DNA of 18,724 bases from a virus (taxonomy: Duplodnaviria > Heunggongvirae > Uroviricota > Caudoviricetes), in IMG/VR virus record IMGVR_UViG_2734482772_000011, positions 1 to 18,724 of that record; one strand, 5' to 3'. Every line of letters starts with the position of its first letter. Position 1 is the first letter of the stretch. Position numbers and translations under genes: made by a program. Shown here piece after piece: positions 1 to 8,982 of the stretch. The notes under the pieces were generated by a model. That model did not search any database. It saw only the letters and a list, made by a program, of their open reading frames with translations, and was not told the origin of the DNA.

Positions 1-351
1 TCACTTTAGCCGTTCACGGGCCGTCTTCGCCTTATGGCACGGCCAGCACAGGCTCTGCAGATTGCTGTCGGCATCTGTGCCGCCATGCGCTTTAGGAATG
101 ATGTGGTCAACGGTTTTCGCCTCACGCACCACACCGGCACGCAGACATAACTGACACAGGCCTTTGTCACGCTTGAGCACACGTTCACGGATAACATCCC
201 ATTTCGAACCATAACCGCGCTGGTGCCGGGACTGGCCTGGCTTGTATTGCTTCCAGCCTTCGCTTTTGTGGCTTTCACAATAGCCTGACGGATCTGTGGT
301 GGTATGGCGGCAACCGCGAACACGGCAGGCTTTTGGGATTCGTGGCGGCAT
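1..351 (-). CDS. HNH endonuclease (terminase-associated type)
   Basis: Track ORF 116 aa; Cys-rich N-terminus (CRVRGC...CESH) and HNH motif (DHIIPKAHGG...LCWPCH); stop TGA at 3-1; sits after the lysis cassette where HK97-like phages carry an HNH before cos/terminase. Confidence 0.8.
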   Translation of the reverse strand: MPPRIPKACRVRGCRHTTTDPSGYCESHKSEGWKQYKPGQSRHQRGYGSKWDVIRERVLKRDKGLCQLCLRAGVVREAKTVDHIIPKAHGGTDADSNLQSLCWPCHKAKTARERLK

Positions 352-762
352 ATGTACTAATCTCCGATTTATCCAAATTTCACTGCCATAATGCCGACAT
401 TCTCTGCCATTATTGGCTCCGTTTATCCGTTAAAAGGGATATCAGTTAAGTTATCCCGTGCAGGGTATAAGCCATTGTCGAGACCACTCATTGAATGGCC
501 TCTGCAATAACCGATGTCTTTCCATCAGTCCGCCACCACAAAGAATCTTTTTTGCCATAAGGCTGGAGGTTCATCTTTCAGTGGCTGCCAGTGTTATTTC
601 CCCACTTACTGGCTTGGGTTGTTTCGTGGTACTGCCGCAACTGGTGGTGCACAGACTTAGTTAAATCTGTTCTCGCCTGAACTATCTTTTACATACCCGG
701 ATTGTGGGGATGTAAATCACGGTTTCATTATCAAGCCCACCCGTAGATGGGCTTTGGAATGG

Positions 763-1281
763 TCACTTTGGCAGTCCGGGGATCGATATTTGCGCCTGCT
801 GCTCAAGCCTTTCGATTCTTGCTATGAGTTGAGGTTTTTTGATCCTGCCCCAGCGGTTCAGCAAGCGTCCTGACATACTGGCAACATCCTTTTCCTTCAT
901 GAACTCCAGCATTAACTCGTTGTGCTCTCTTTGGTATGAGTGAGCCATCTCCATCAGCCTGTCACGCATCCAATTAAATGCTTTGATAAACGCCTCTTTG
1001 ATGGCGGCAGCTTTTTTGCCGGTAAACGACATGATGATGTACATCGCACCGTCTTTGGAAATTTCATATTCAACATACTGATTACCCTTGTGTTCATAGG
1101 TAACCCGCGAAAAGTTGCTGGTTAGAAATTCATCCGAACAGTCTAGCTTTTCGATTTTCTGAATGATGTGGTGATGCTGCTTGTCGAAGTAAGCTGCTAC
1201 CTTGCGGGAGGTTGTGATCACGCGATCACCAGAAACAACCACCATGTCCCGGAAATCGAGATTAGCCAATTGATGATTCAT
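763..1281 (-). CDS. Rha-family phage regulatory protein (antirepressor-like)
   Basis: Track ORF; Rha-like N-terminal segment VVVSGDRVITTSRKVAAYFDKQHHHIIQKI; ATG at 1281-1279 preferred over the track GTG start at 1317. Confidence 0.65.
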   Translation of the reverse strand: MNHQLANLDFRDMVVVSGDRVITTSRKVAAYFDKQHHHIIQKIEKLDCSDEFLTSNFSRVTYEHKGNQYVEYEISKDGAMYIIMSFTGKKAAAIKEAFIKAFNWMRDRLMEMAHSYQREHNELMLEFMKEKDVASMSGRLLNRWGRIKKPQLIARIERLEQQAQISIPGLPK

Positions 1282-1430
1282 AGCGTCTTTACCTTTTAGA
1301 AAGTGAGCCTGTCTCACAGAAAAGCCGTCCCGAGATGGTCGCCACCATATACGGCAGTTCTCAGGCTCAACTTTCTGAAAGGCTCGGGTGATGTAATATG
1401 CGCGTGAGATGCGCTGTGAAATTCAGATGT

Positions 1431-1453
1431 AAAAAAGCCCCGCATCGCGAGGC
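1431..1453 (-). terminator. intrinsic terminator downstream of Rz
   Basis: On - strand: GCCUCGC-GAU-GCGGGGC hairpin (7 bp, one G-U pair) followed by UUUUUU. Confidence 0.55.
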
Positions 1454-1485
1454 TCATTAAATGGACTTTGTGATTTGCAAAAAAA

Positions 1486-1923
1486 TTATTTCAGGCACTG
1501 AGTCCTGATGTATTCCTGCAGGTAGTTAACCTGCGCGGTTATCCTATCGATTCCACTTCTGAGACGGTAATAATTGAGTTCAGCATCTGCTGTAAGTCTT
1601 GGGCTTTCTCCATCGCCCATGCTGCTGGCTCCGGTCGTTGGCTTTGCACAGGTGGCGGCGACTTGCAGGCGCTTACGACCAGCAGAAACATCAGCACGGA
1701 GGCTTTCGATAGTCGCGTTAGCATCAGCAAGCTCCTTTGTGTATCTGGCGTCGAGTTCTGCTACATCACGTTGACGCTTCTGCATATCAGCGATAATGGA
1801 TGTGGCTTTATCGCGCTGTTCTTTGTAGGCGATTGCATTATCACGGTAATGATTAACAGCCCATGACAGGCAGACGATGATGCAGATAATCAGAGCGGAG
1901 ATAATCGCGGTGACTCTGCTCAT
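1486..1923 (-). CDS. Rz: Rz i-spanin
   Basis: Track ORF 145 aa, near-identical N-terminus to lambda Rz ([30 protein letters not shown]) by recall; follows R with 4-bp overlap. Confidence 0.9.
   Translation of the reverse strand: MSRVTAIISALIICIIVCLSWAVNHYRDNAIAYKEQRDKATSIIADMQKRQRDVAELDARYTKELADANATIESLRADVSAGRKRLQVAATCAKPTTGASSMGDGESPRLTADAELNYYRLRSGIDRITAQVNYLQEYIRTQCLK
1539..1730 (-). CDS. Rz1: Rz1 o-spanin lipoprotein, embedded in Rz in the +1 frame
   Basis: Track ORF inside Rz; signal peptide with lipobox (LLVVSAC), proline-rich stretch KSPPPVQ...AAWAM like lambda Rz1; exact start uncertain. Confidence 0.7.
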   Translation of the reverse strand: MLMLTRLSKASVLMFLLVVSACKSPPPVQSQRPEPAAWAMEKAQDLQQMLNSIITVSEVESIG

Positions 1924-2396
1924 ACCTCAATCTCTCTGACCGTTCCGCCTGCTTCTTTGAATTTTGCAATCAGGCTGTCAGCCTTATGCTCGAACTGACC
2001 GTAACCAGCCCCCGGCAGTGAAGCCCAGATATTGCTGCAACGGTCGATTGCCTGACGGATATCACCGCGATCAATCATCGGTAAAGCGCTACGTTCCTTA
2101 ATCTGTTGCAGTGCCACAGCGTCCTGGCTTTTCGGAGAGAAGTCTTTCAGGCCAAGCTGCTTACGATAGGCATCCCACCAACGGGAAAGAAGCTGGTAAC
2201 GTCCGGCTGCTGTTGATTTGAGTTTGGGGTTTAGCGTGACAAGTTTGCGAGGGTGATCGGAGTAATCAGTGAATAGCTCTCCGCCAACAATGACGTCATA
2301 ACCATGATTTCTGGTTTTCTGACGTCCGTTATCAGTCCCCTCTGACCACGCCAGCATATCGAGGAACGCCTTACGTTGATTATTGATTTCCACCAT
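1920..2396 (-). CDS. R: endolysin R (lytic transglycosylase)
   Basis: Track ORF 158 aa, [42 protein letters not shown]... matches lambda R almost residue for residue by recall. Confidence 0.95.
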   Translation of the reverse strand: MVEINNQRKAFLDMLAWSEGTDNGRQKTRNHGYDVIVGGELFTDYSDHPRKLVTLNPKLKSTAAGRYQLLSRWWDAYRKQLGLKDFSPKSQDAVALQQIKERSALPMIDRGDIRQAIDRCSNIWASLPGAGYGQFEHKADSLIAKFKEAGGTVREIEV

Positions 2397-2703
2397 CTTC
2401 TACTCCGGCTTTTTTAGCAGCGAAGCGTTTGATAAGCGAACCAATCGAGTCAGTGCCGATGTAGCCGATGAACACGCTCGTTATATAAGCGAGATTACTA
2501 CTTAGTCCGGCGAAGTCGAGAAGGTCACGAATGAACCAGGCGATAATGGCGCACATCGTTGCGTCGATTACTGTTTTTGTAAACGCACCGCCATTATATC
2601 TGCCGCGAAGGTACGCCATTGCAAACGCAAGGATTGCCCCGATGCCTTGTTCCTTTGCCGCGAGAATGGCGGCTAACAGGTCATGTTTTTCTGGCATCTT
2701 CAT
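2380..2703 (-). CDS. S: holin S (S107/S105 dual-start type)
   Basis: Track ORF 107 aa, [35 protein letters not shown]... matches lambda S by recall, including the Met-Lys-Met dual start. Confidence 0.95.
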   Translation of the reverse strand: MKMPEKHDLLAAILAAKEQGIGAILAFAMAYLRGRYNGGAFTKTVIDATMCAIIAWFIRDLLDFAGLSSNLAYITSVFIGYIGTDSIGSLIKRFAAKKAGVEDGGNQ

Positions 2704-2820
2704 GTCTTACCCCCAATAAGGGGATTTGCTCTATTTAATTAGTAATAAGGTCGATTACTGATAGAACAAATCCAGGCTACTGTGTTTAGTAATCAGATTT
2801 GTTCGTGACCGATATGCACG

Positions 2821-2858
2821 GGCAAAACGGCAGGAGGTTGTTAGCGCGACCTCCTGCC
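2821..2858 (-). terminator. strong hairpin between tRNA-Thr and S (tR-prime-like terminator or processing structure)
   Basis: Perfect 10-bp stem GGCAGGAGGT/ACCTCCTGCC with 10-nt loop at 2829-2858; on - strand followed by GUUUUGCC (short U tract). Confidence 0.4.
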
Positions 2859-2945
2859 ACCCGCTTTCACGAAGATCATGTGTAGAAGGCCGCAGCGTAA
2901 CTATCACTGATGAATTCAGGATAGCCAGTGGCTACGGCTCAGTTA

Positions 2946-3021
2946 TGGTGCTGGTTAACGGACTTGAACCGCTACCCATTCGCTTACAAGGCGACTGCTC
3001 TACCATTGGAGCTAAACCAGC
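2946..3021 (-). tRNA. tRNA-Thr (anticodon UGU), CCA encoded
   Basis: Hand-folded: acceptor GCTGGTT/AACCAGC (7 perfect bp), D-stem GCTC/GAGC, anticodon loop CTTGTAA, T-arm AGCGG-TTCAAGT-CCGTT, discriminator A, 3' CCA; 76 nt. Confidence 0.7.
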
Positions 3022-3026
3022 ATGTT

Positions 3027-3101
3027 TGGCGGGACAGCGTGGGCTCGAACCACGATAAGAAGGTTAACAGCCTTCCGTAATGACCTTTATACGACTGACC
3101 C
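3027..3101 (-). tRNA. tRNA-Asn-like (anticodon GUU), CCA encoded; slightly atypical
   Basis: Hand-folded: T-arm CGTGG-TTCGAGC-CCACG, anticodon stem GAAGG/CCTTC with loop CTGTTAA (same loop as E. coli tRNA-Asn by recall), acceptor GGGTCAG/CTGTCCC with one T:T mismatch, short D-stem; 75 nt. Confidence 0.55.
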
Positions 3102-3192
3102 AAATAAAAAAAGCCACCGTTGCAACTTAAGAGTCACTAACGGCATCTTATGCCAATAGTGTTGCTCATTTGCTCAATGATGTCAACACGTT
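3102..3192 (-). promoter_or_regulatory. late promoter region (pR-prime-like) downstream of Q
   Basis: Consensus -35 hexamer TTGACA on - strand (plus coords 3186-3181) right after the Q stop; no convincing -10 resolved by eye; position matches lambda pR-prime/qut. Confidence 0.3.
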
Positions 3193-3681
3193 CTATGCTA
3201 CATGTTTAATTTTCTCTACACGTTTCCGATTTTTAAACGCACTATCCAGAACCGGGTAAATCATAAACAACGAGGCATTAAGGATTTCGTCAACTTCCCG
3301 TCGACAGGTTGCGAGCGACGGTTTTTGAATGCGCCCGCCGCCACGGCATAACATCTTGCGAGGTCTTGCGACGCGATGATAGTAAGATGCAATGGCGTGC
3401 TTGGAAGAGCCATGAGCGTAGTAGCTGAGGAGGATTCCAAAGGCTTTCTTGTCAATGTACATGACGGAATCGACGACCTGAGAAATCAACATTCCATCAT
3501 CATCATTACACATTGGCCTTGTCATAACTCTTCCCGGCTCTACGCTCTCCATGAACTTCGCTATTACGCTGCTCATGCGCTTTTCCAGACGACCTGAATA
3601 AACCCATGCGCCCCACAGTTCAAGCCAGCCATTCAGCCACTCATGCTGTTCTTTGGTGAGGTTTAGTTCTCTTATGCCCAC
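3193..3681 (-). CDS. Q: late-gene antiterminator Q
   Basis: Track ORF 162 aa; Q-family hallmarks (LELWGAWV near N-terminus, Cys/Asp-rich central segment, SYYAHG); located between nin region and S. Confidence 0.8.
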   Translation of the reverse strand: MGIRELNLTKEQHEWLNGWLELWGAWVYSGRLEKRMSSVIAKFMESVEPGRVMTRPMCNDDDGMLISQVVDSVMYIDKKAFGILLSYYAHGSSKHAIASYYHRVARPRKMLCRGGGRIQKPSLATCRREVDEILNASLFMIYPVLDSAFKNRKRVEKIKHVA

Positions 3682-4343
3682 GCGCCTTCTCCCTGTACCT
3701 GAATCAATGTGAGATTTCCGCAGAACACTGCCCCAGTATCGATATACATCTGGTTGGCAAATTTGAGTGGTTTCACTGCTGGCGTATGACCAAAGATAAA
3801 CGTGTCCGCGCCTTTAATTTCTTTAACGATCCCGTCTTGTGAGTTGCTGATTCGTTCGCGGTTCCAGATTACCTGCTGATGATCAACTGGCTTTCCAAAT
3901 TCGTATTCGTCACAAGGATAATCGGCGTGGCAGATGACATATTTTTTACCTTTGCTCACCAGTTCGATGATTAACGGAAGTTCTTCTGCTTTATGGGCAA
4001 GAGCTTTAGCCAGAATTTCTTTGTCGTAATCGAGATTAAAGAACCAGACACCGCCATTAAGCAGCCAGTGATTGACGTTTCCACGCTCTGATAAGCCATC
4101 AATCATCATGTGCTCATGGTTTCCACGTACAGCTCTGAACCAGGGGAATGTGATTAATTCCAGGCATTCAACGTTCTCTGCACCACGATCAACCAAATCG
4201 CCCACCGAGATAAGCAGGTCTTTTTTGTTGTCGAATCCAATCGTATCCAGTTTGTTCATCAGGTTCGTGTAGCATCCGTGCAGATCGCCAACTACCCAAA
4301 TATTTCGGTATTTGCTGCCATCAATTCTTTCGTAGATATTCAT
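3672..4343 (-). CDS. ninI: Ser/Thr protein phosphatase (lambda NinI/Orf221 type)
   Basis: Track ORF 223 aa; metallophosphatase motifs GDLHG, GDLVDRG, GNHE; position after ninG as in lambda. Confidence 0.9.
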   Translation of the reverse strand: MNIYERIDGSKYRNIWVVGDLHGCYTNLMNKLDTIGFDNKKDLLISVGDLVDRGAENVECLELITFPWFRAVRGNHEHMMIDGLSERGNVNHWLLNGGVWFFNLDYDKEILAKALAHKAEELPLIIELVSKGKKYVICHADYPCDEYEFGKPVDHQQVIWNRERISNSQDGIVKEIKGADTFIFGHTPAVKPLKFANQMYIDTGAVFCGNLTLIQVQGEGAWA

Positions 4344-4951
4344 GCAGCCTCACTTCTGCTGTTTCGCAGTTTTTTAAGTTTCTGTTGATACTCCGCCTTG
4401 ATGGCCCTGCACTCTTCGACAGTCCAGCGATGGCGGTTATGGTTTGATTCGATTTCGTCTACTGCTTCCTGCCCGATGCGGTTAATCAGTTCGACGCGAT
4501 ACGGAACGAGATTTCCGCTTTTATGTTGGTTGCACACCACGCATTGCTTGTGAATATTGCGTTCATCAAATCGGAGTTGAGGCGCCGCAGCAGTTGTCCG
4601 GTAATGCCCGGCATCCCACTGAGCAGACGTGAGCGTTCCGCACGAGATACATGGTAAGTCGCGGTCTCTTTCTCTGATGAAGGCGTTTACGGCTTGTTGG
4701 GCTTGTTTAATCCAGTAACTGCGGGGCTTTAAGGCGAGTTTTCGAATCTTAAGTTTATCTTTCTGTTTCTGCTCCTCTCGTCGTCGTTTCTTCTCTGCTG
4801 CCTTTTCCGCTTTTTCGCGTTCTTTGCTTCGTCGTTCGAGTGCTATCTTGGTTCCACACTCTGGAGAGCACCACCACTGATTGGCGAATGCAGGGTGAAA
4901 CCATTCCCGACATTCATCGTTTTTACATCGTCTTCGCGCTGGTTTAGCCAT
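4340..4951 (-). CDS. ninG: NinG (Rap) recombination protein
   Basis: Track ORF 203 aa; Cys-rich N-terminus ([12 protein letters not shown]...WWCSPECG) and lysine/glutamate-rich stretch typical of lambda NinG by recall. Confidence 0.9.
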   Translation of the reverse strand: MAKPARRRCKNDECREWFHPAFANQWWCSPECGTKIALERRSKEREKAEKAAEKKRRREEQKQKDKLKIRKLALKPRSYWIKQAQQAVNAFIRERDRDLPCISCGTLTSAQWDAGHYRTTAAAPQLRFDERNIHKQCVVCNQHKSGNLVPYRVELINRIGQEAVDEIESNHNRHRWTVEECRAIKAEYQQKLKKLRNSRSEAA

Positions 4952-5004
4952 CGTCTTCTTCCTCGTGCATCGAGCTATTCGGATCGCTCATCAGTTCTGC
5001 ACAG

Positions 5005-5511
5005 TTATGGTCTGCCATGGTTTTCATGAAAACCCAGTTCTTTTTCTGCCCTCTTCCTTTCTGCAATAGCGTCAATGATGCTAGCAAATATTCCAAGATA
5101 TTTGGTGCGCCCATCTACGCATATATTCGCAATCCACTTGCATCTCTCTTTATTGAAATACACTCCAGTCACTCCTGACGAATTGGTTATTTTTCTCTTT
5201 TGGTTCTGTGCATTCTGTTGGTGTGTAACCAATCGAAGATTAGATAGCCTATTATCTGACCTTACTCCATTTATATGATCAATTTTATACCCTAATGGAA
5301 TCTCACCATTATTTATCATCCATATAACGTGGTGAGCATAAGTAATTACACCATCGATAGTTAACATCCTATAACCATCACTCCTAATGTAACCAGCAAC
5401 ACTGCCAACCTTAACATTATTAGAAGGAGACACTTTCCATCTAAGTACACCTAAAACATCATCATATGATAATTTATTTCTTAATTCGTCTATGTTGCTT
5501 ATATTTCTCAT
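5005..5511 (-). CDS. HNH homing endonuclease with AP2-like DNA-binding domain
   Basis: Track ORF 168 aa; HNH_3-like segment (YKIDHINGVRSDNRLSNLRLVTHQQN) followed by AP2-like segment (SGVTGVYFNKERCKWIANICVDGRTKYLGIF); AT-rich by eye relative to flanking nin genes. Confidence 0.8.
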   Translation of the reverse strand: MRNISNIDELRNKLSYDDVLGVLRWKVSPSNNVKVGSVAGYIRSDGYRMLTIDGVITYAHHVIWMINNGEIPLGYKIDHINGVRSDNRLSNLRLVTHQQNAQNQKRKITNSSGVTGVYFNKERCKWIANICVDGRTKYLGIFASIIDAIAERKRAEKELGFHENHGRP

Positions 5512-5653
5512 TATGTTCCACCATATTTAAGCATTCATATATACAACGCTCACACACATGAACTTCCAGCACATGCAGCTTCTGACCGCAGTTAGCGCAC
5601 GTTAAAGCTCGCTCGACACTTCCTTGTTCGTAACTTCGATTTTGGTCAATCAC
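5474..5653 (-). CDS. ninF: NinF-like ORF with altered C-terminus (remnant at the junction with the HNH insert)
   Basis: Hand-translated, not in track: GTG at 5653-5651 overlaps ninE stop (GTGA); reads [59 protein letters not shown]; core [24 protein letters not shown] matches lambda NinF by recall; 3' end overlaps the HNH start by 38 nt. Confidence 0.45.
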   Translation of the reverse strand: MIDQNRSYEQGSVERALTCANCGQKLHVLEVHVCERCIYECLNMVEHNEKYKQHRRIKK

Positions 5654-5832
5654 CTTGTTTTCCTCGCACGTTCTCTAAGCCACCGGATATCCCACAGGTG
5701 AGCCGTGTAGTTGAAGGTTTTTACGTCAGATTCTTTTGGGATTGGCTTGCGTTTATTTCTGGAGCGTTTCGTTGGAAGGTATTTGCAGTTTTCGCAGATT
5801 ATGTCGGTGATACTTCGTCGCTGTCTCGCCAC
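5650..5832 (-). CDS. ninE: NinE
   Basis: Track ORF 60 aa, [23 protein letters not shown]... matches lambda NinE by recall. Confidence 0.9.
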   Translation of the reverse strand: MARQRRSITDIICENCKYLPTKRSRNKRKPIPKESDVKTFNYTAHLWDIRWLRERARKTR

Positions 5833-5972
5833 ACGTCCTCCTTTTCCTGCGGTAGTGGTAACACCCCTGTTGGTGTTCTTTCACATCGGAGACACCATCG
5901 ATTCCAGTAAGGTTGATTTGGTCGGAAGCGGTTATCTTCTTTGCATTCACCGCACCGATAACATCGCATCAT
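5799..5972 (-). CDS. ninD: NinD (small Cys-rich protein)
   Basis: Within track ORF 5799..6032; start taken at [11 protein letters not shown] (ATG 5972-5970) which overlaps ninB stop as ATGA; Cys-x2-Cys pairs. Confidence 0.7.
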   Translation of the reverse strand: MMRCYRCGECKEDNRFRPNQPYWNRWCLRCERTPTGVLPLPQEKEDVWRDSDEVSPT

Positions 5973-6409
5973 GCTGCCCGATCTCCCCATCTCGCTTTCC
6001 ACTCCAGAGCCAGTCGCGCTTCGTCTGACCACTTAACGCCACGCTCTGTACCGAATGCCTGTATAAGCTCTAATAGCTCCGCAAATTCGCTTACACGCAT
6101 CCTGCTGGTTGACTGGCCTATTACCACAAAGCCATTCCCGGCAAGGTTAGGAACAACGTCCTGCTGCTTTAATGCTGCGGTAAACACACACTTCCAGCTT
6201 TCTGCATCCAGCCAGCGACCATGCCATTCAACCTGACGAGAGACGTCACCAAGGCAAGCCCAAAGCTTTCGGTTTTGGTCTAAGCTGCGGTTGCGTTCCT
6301 GAATGGTTACTACGATTGGTTTGGTTGGGTCTGGAAGAATTTGCTGTACTGCGTGAATAGCGTTTTGCTGATGTGCTGGAGATCGAATTTCAAAGGTTAG
6401 TTTTTTCAT
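5969..6409 (-). CDS. ninB: NinB (Orf-family recombination mediator)
   Basis: Track ORF; start taken at [21 protein letters not shown] (ATG 6409-6407) with SD GAGGGA 5 nt upstream; matches lambda NinB by recall. Confidence 0.9.
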   Translation of the reverse strand: MKKLTFEIRSPAHQQNAIHAVQQILPDPTKPIVVTIQERNRSLDQNRKLWACLGDVSRQVEWHGRWLDAESWKCVFTAALKQQDVVPNLAGNGFVVIGQSTSRMRVSEFAELLELIQAFGTERGVKWSDEARLALEWKARWGDRAA

Positions 6410-6422
6410 GACTTCCCTCTCC

Positions 6423-6457
6423 CCCAAATAAAAAGGCCTGCGATTACCAGCAGGCCT
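6423..6457 (-). terminator. intrinsic terminator between helicase and ninB (tR2 analog)
   Basis: 8-bp perfect stem AGGCCTGC/GCAGGCCT at 6434-6457, followed on the - strand by UUUUUAUUU. Confidence 0.6.
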
Positions 6458-6485
6458 GTTATTAGCTCAGTGATGTAGATGGTCA

Positions 6486-7922
6486 TCAGAATCCTCCTTT
6501 CTTCTTGGACTGCGGTTCCTCGCGTTCACGTCGGCGCATTTCAGCAGACTGTTGGTCTGTGTCATAAATAGCGCCATTTGCCTGAATGCAATACACCGTG
6601 CCGGTATTGCCATGACGATTGAGACGAAGGATTAGTTCAGTTTCACCAGGTGGAACACTGTCATCAAAAGCGCCTTCACGATGGATCCCGACCCAATAAT
6701 CGCAATCCTGTTCAATCTGCCCTGTATCTCGTGAGTCACTTGGTAATGGGCGTTTATTGGTTCTGCTTTCCAGTGCGCGGTTAAGCTGCGTCAGAAGCAC
6801 AACAACGCAATCAAGCTCTTTGGCAAGGTTCTTCAGTCCTTTGGTGATCATGCCGTAAGCAAGGTCGTTGCGATCGGCCTTCTCAGCGGTCATTAGTGTC
6901 AGGTAATCGACCAGAATCATGCCAACACATCCTTTTTCTCGCTTGATTCGACGGCTTTCGCTGACGATTTGAGCCAGAGATAATCCCGGCGTGTCGTCGA
7001 TGTAAAGCAGGTCTATTTCACTCAAGCGATTGGCTGTTTCTATCGCCCTGTTGAAGTCACCATCGTAATCACCCTGATAGCCGTCATCGGCGTCATTTGT
7101 CGCCGGAAGGTAAAAAATATTCGGGTTAACACCAGACTTCTGCCCTACCAGTTTTTCCAGTATCTGATCACCTGGCATTTCAAGGCTGAACATCAATGCG
7201 GGCTTTTTCTCATGCACTGCGCAATTGATTGCCATCTGGCTGTATAGCGTCGTTTTCCCCATCTTAGGGCGAGCGCCAATGACAAACAGAGAGCCTTTCA
7301 CCAGACCTTTCGGTGACAGCATCCTGTCCAGCGATGGGATCCCTGTGCTCATTCCCCGTTGTTCGCCTGACGGGTCAAATCGCTTCTCAAGGTCGCTAAC
7401 CCAGTCTTCCATGACCTCACCAAATGAGCGAAGGCCGCGACGCGATCCGGTTTTTGCATGGTCTGTCAGTTGCGTGAAAATCGACTGAATAGCTTCGTAC
7501 TTCTGCGTTGCAGTCATTCCGTTGCGGGAATAGAGCAATTCCGTCGCTTCAGTCATGCGGTTGATGGCGTAGCGTTCCATTGCGGTTTCGCGAACCTGCA
7601 TTGCATAAGCAACGATGTTTGCTGCGCTTGGCGTGTTCTTTGCGATCTCAGCGATATAAGCAAAACCGCCAACAGACGCCGTTAACGATTTACGCTCCAG
7701 TTCATCGAAAAGCGTCAGGCCATCTACTGGCTTTTGCTCACGGTGCATTCTGGTTATTTCTTCGAAAATGATTTTGTGTGGCCGGCTGTAAAATGAATCA
7801 GGCTTCAGCATCGCCAGAACCTTCTGGACGCGCTCACTGCTGTCATCATCCAGAAGCAATCCACCAATCACCGCCTGCTCTGCCTCGATGCTATGGGGCG
7901 GCGCATAAAAATTATCGGTCAT
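6486..7922 (-). CDS. replicative DNA helicase (DnaB family, P22 gene 12 type)
   Basis: Track ORF; Walker A GARPKMGKT, DnaB-like N-terminal segment SIEAEQAVIGGLLLD; ATG at 7922-7920 with SD GAGGGTG preferred over track GTG at 7937. Confidence 0.9.
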   Translation of the reverse strand: MTDNFYAPPHSIEAEQAVIGGLLLDDDSSERVQKVLAMLKPDSFYSRPHKIIFEEITRMHREQKPVDGLTLFDELERKSLTASVGGFAYIAEIAKNTPSAANIVAYAMQVRETAMERYAINRMTEATELLYSRNGMTATQKYEAIQSIFTQLTDHAKTGSRRGLRSFGEVMEDWVSDLEKRFDPSGEQRGMSTGIPSLDRMLSPKGLVKGSLFVIGARPKMGKTTLYSQMAINCAVHEKKPALMFSLEMPGDQILEKLVGQKSGVNPNIFYLPATNDADDGYQGDYDGDFNRAIETANRLSEIDLLYIDDTPGLSLAQIVSESRRIKREKGCVGMILVDYLTLMTAEKADRNDLAYGMITKGLKNLAKELDCVVVLLTQLNRALESRTNKRPLPSDSRDTGQIEQDCDYWVGIHREGAFDDSVPPGETELILRLNRHGNTGTVYCIQANGAIYDTDQQSAEMRRREREEPQSKKKGGF

Positions 7923-8811
7923 CGTGTTCACCCTCACGAACTTTCAGGTAGGTATTATCGTTAAGCAGGAAATCAAATCCCTTTTTGTGCCAGACAGTTC
8001 CGCGTTGATGGTTTGGACGCTCTTCGAACATCCATCGGCAATTTTCGCCTACGTAGCTCAAATAATTTCTCCAGTCCTGCATCGTGAACCCATGCCCGTC
8101 AAGCTGGCGGGTTATCACTCCGGCTTTGCGCCAGAACGTTCGGATCTGGTTTTTACGCTTGTCATTCAGTGCGCGGATTCTTGGAGCTTCAGGAAGGATT
8201 TCGTGGTAAGCATCGACAACATCCTGACAGCTGACGGAAGGTTTTTTCTTGTCAGACTTTTTGTCTGCTGTGGCACTCTCTAATACGTCAGTATTAGAGA
8301 TAATATTATTATATTCTTTATCTGTGGTAATTTGCTGGTAATCTGCTGGTACAGCATTGCTTACAGGCATTGGTATTGCTGGCTTTGAGGTGGTAATTTG
8401 CTGGTAATCTGCTGGTACAAAATTTGACTGATAATCGTCATATTTCTCTACTGAGAAAACTGAGAATTTACCGTGTGAAACCCAGTCAATCATGCCGAGT
8501 TTTTTGAACTTTCTAAGCAGGTACTGAACGCGATCTGGTTTGAGTCCTGTTTCAAACGCCAGAGAGTTTCTACCGCCAAGTAGCTTCCCTCTGCCTACCA
8601 GAATTTCTCCTGCGTCAGTCATTACATACTCAGGCGTATGCTTTGCTTTGAGGATTAAGTGAACCCACAGATGCGCTGCTTCTGCATCCTTGTAAAACGG
8701 CACATCCATAATTTTACGGTGCAGCAAGGCATACCCCTTACCGCTGCTTTGATGCGGTTGTTGTAGCCTTCTGGCCTCTCTGGCTTCGGCTAGATTAGAT
8801 ATGTTACTCAT
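7912..8811 (-). CDS. replication initiation protein (O-like)
   Basis: Track ORF 299 aa directly upstream of the helicase, downstream of cII; contains tandem peptide repeat [10 protein letters not shown] encoded by the iteron array, as in lambda O. Confidence 0.75.
   Translation of the reverse strand: MSNISNLAEAREARRLQQPHQSSGKGYALLHRKIMDVPFYKDAEAAHLWVHLILKAKHTPEYVMTDAGEILVGRGKLLGGRNSLAFETGLKPDRVQYLLRKFKKLGMIDWVSHGKFSVFSVEKYDDYQSNFVPADYQQITTSKPAIPMPVSNAVPADYQQITTDKEYNNIISNTDVLESATADKKSDKKKPSVSCQDVVDAYHEILPEAPRIRALNDKRKNQIRTFWRKAGVITRQLDGHGFTMQDWRNYLSYVGENCRWMFEERPNHQRGTVWHKKGFDFLLNDNTYLKVREGEHDDR
8324..8419. repeat. origin-like iteron array inside the O-like gene, flanked by an AT-rich tract (8281-8320)
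   Basis: Exact 30-bp direct repeat GTGGTAATTTGCTGGTAATCTGCTGGTACA at 8324-8353 and 8390-8419; each holds two TGCTGGTA sub-repeats 11 bp apart. Confidence 0.6.
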
Positions 8812-8950
8812 GACCTTTCTCCTTCTGCATCAGCTTCACTTTTTCCAACTCAGCCCGGAATCGACCAGGCTGCTTGAAGCTGGACAGGAAGCGATCACGT
8901 AGTATGTGTTTGTGAATTTTGTCCTGGTAAGGACTGAGTTGTTTTGTCAT
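8804..8950 (-). CDS. small hypothetical protein (48 aa) between cII and O
   Basis: Hand-translated, not in track: [48 protein letters not shown]; SD AGGAG 5 nt upstream of ATG 8950-8948; stop overlaps O start. Confidence 0.4.
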   Translation of the reverse strand: MTKQLSPYQDKIHKHILRDRFLSSFKQPGRFRAELEKVKLMQKEKGHE

Positions 8951-8982
8951 AATTACTCCTGTGGATTGATCCAGTAATTCCC

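Noticed and set aside
458-664. 68-aa + strand ORF in the Rha-HNH spacer
   Set aside because: Opposite to all flanking genes, no SD seen, low-complexity translation; likely spurious, though not formally excluded.
352-762. Lambda-type cos site (GGGCGGCGACCT-like)
   Set aside because: Not seen by eye in this spacer; cos probably lies beyond the left edge, between the HNH gene and terminase.
1574-1866. + strand ORFs 1574-1774 and 1663-1866
   Set aside because: Antisense to Rz/Rz1 with low-complexity translations.
2859-2945. Possible third tRNA between the hairpin and tRNA-Thr
   Set aside because: No T-loop-like GGTTC motif or acceptor-stem pairing found by hand.
5711-6236. Several + strand ORFs (5698-5910, 5711-6028, 5913-6236) and the - strand ORF 5753-5950
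   Set aside because: All overlap the well-supported ninB/ninD/ninE genes in other frames or antisense.
8324-8419. Possible CRISPR array
   Set aside because: Only two copies of a 30-bp repeat, inside a coding region with internal sub-repeats and no cas genes; fits ori iterons.
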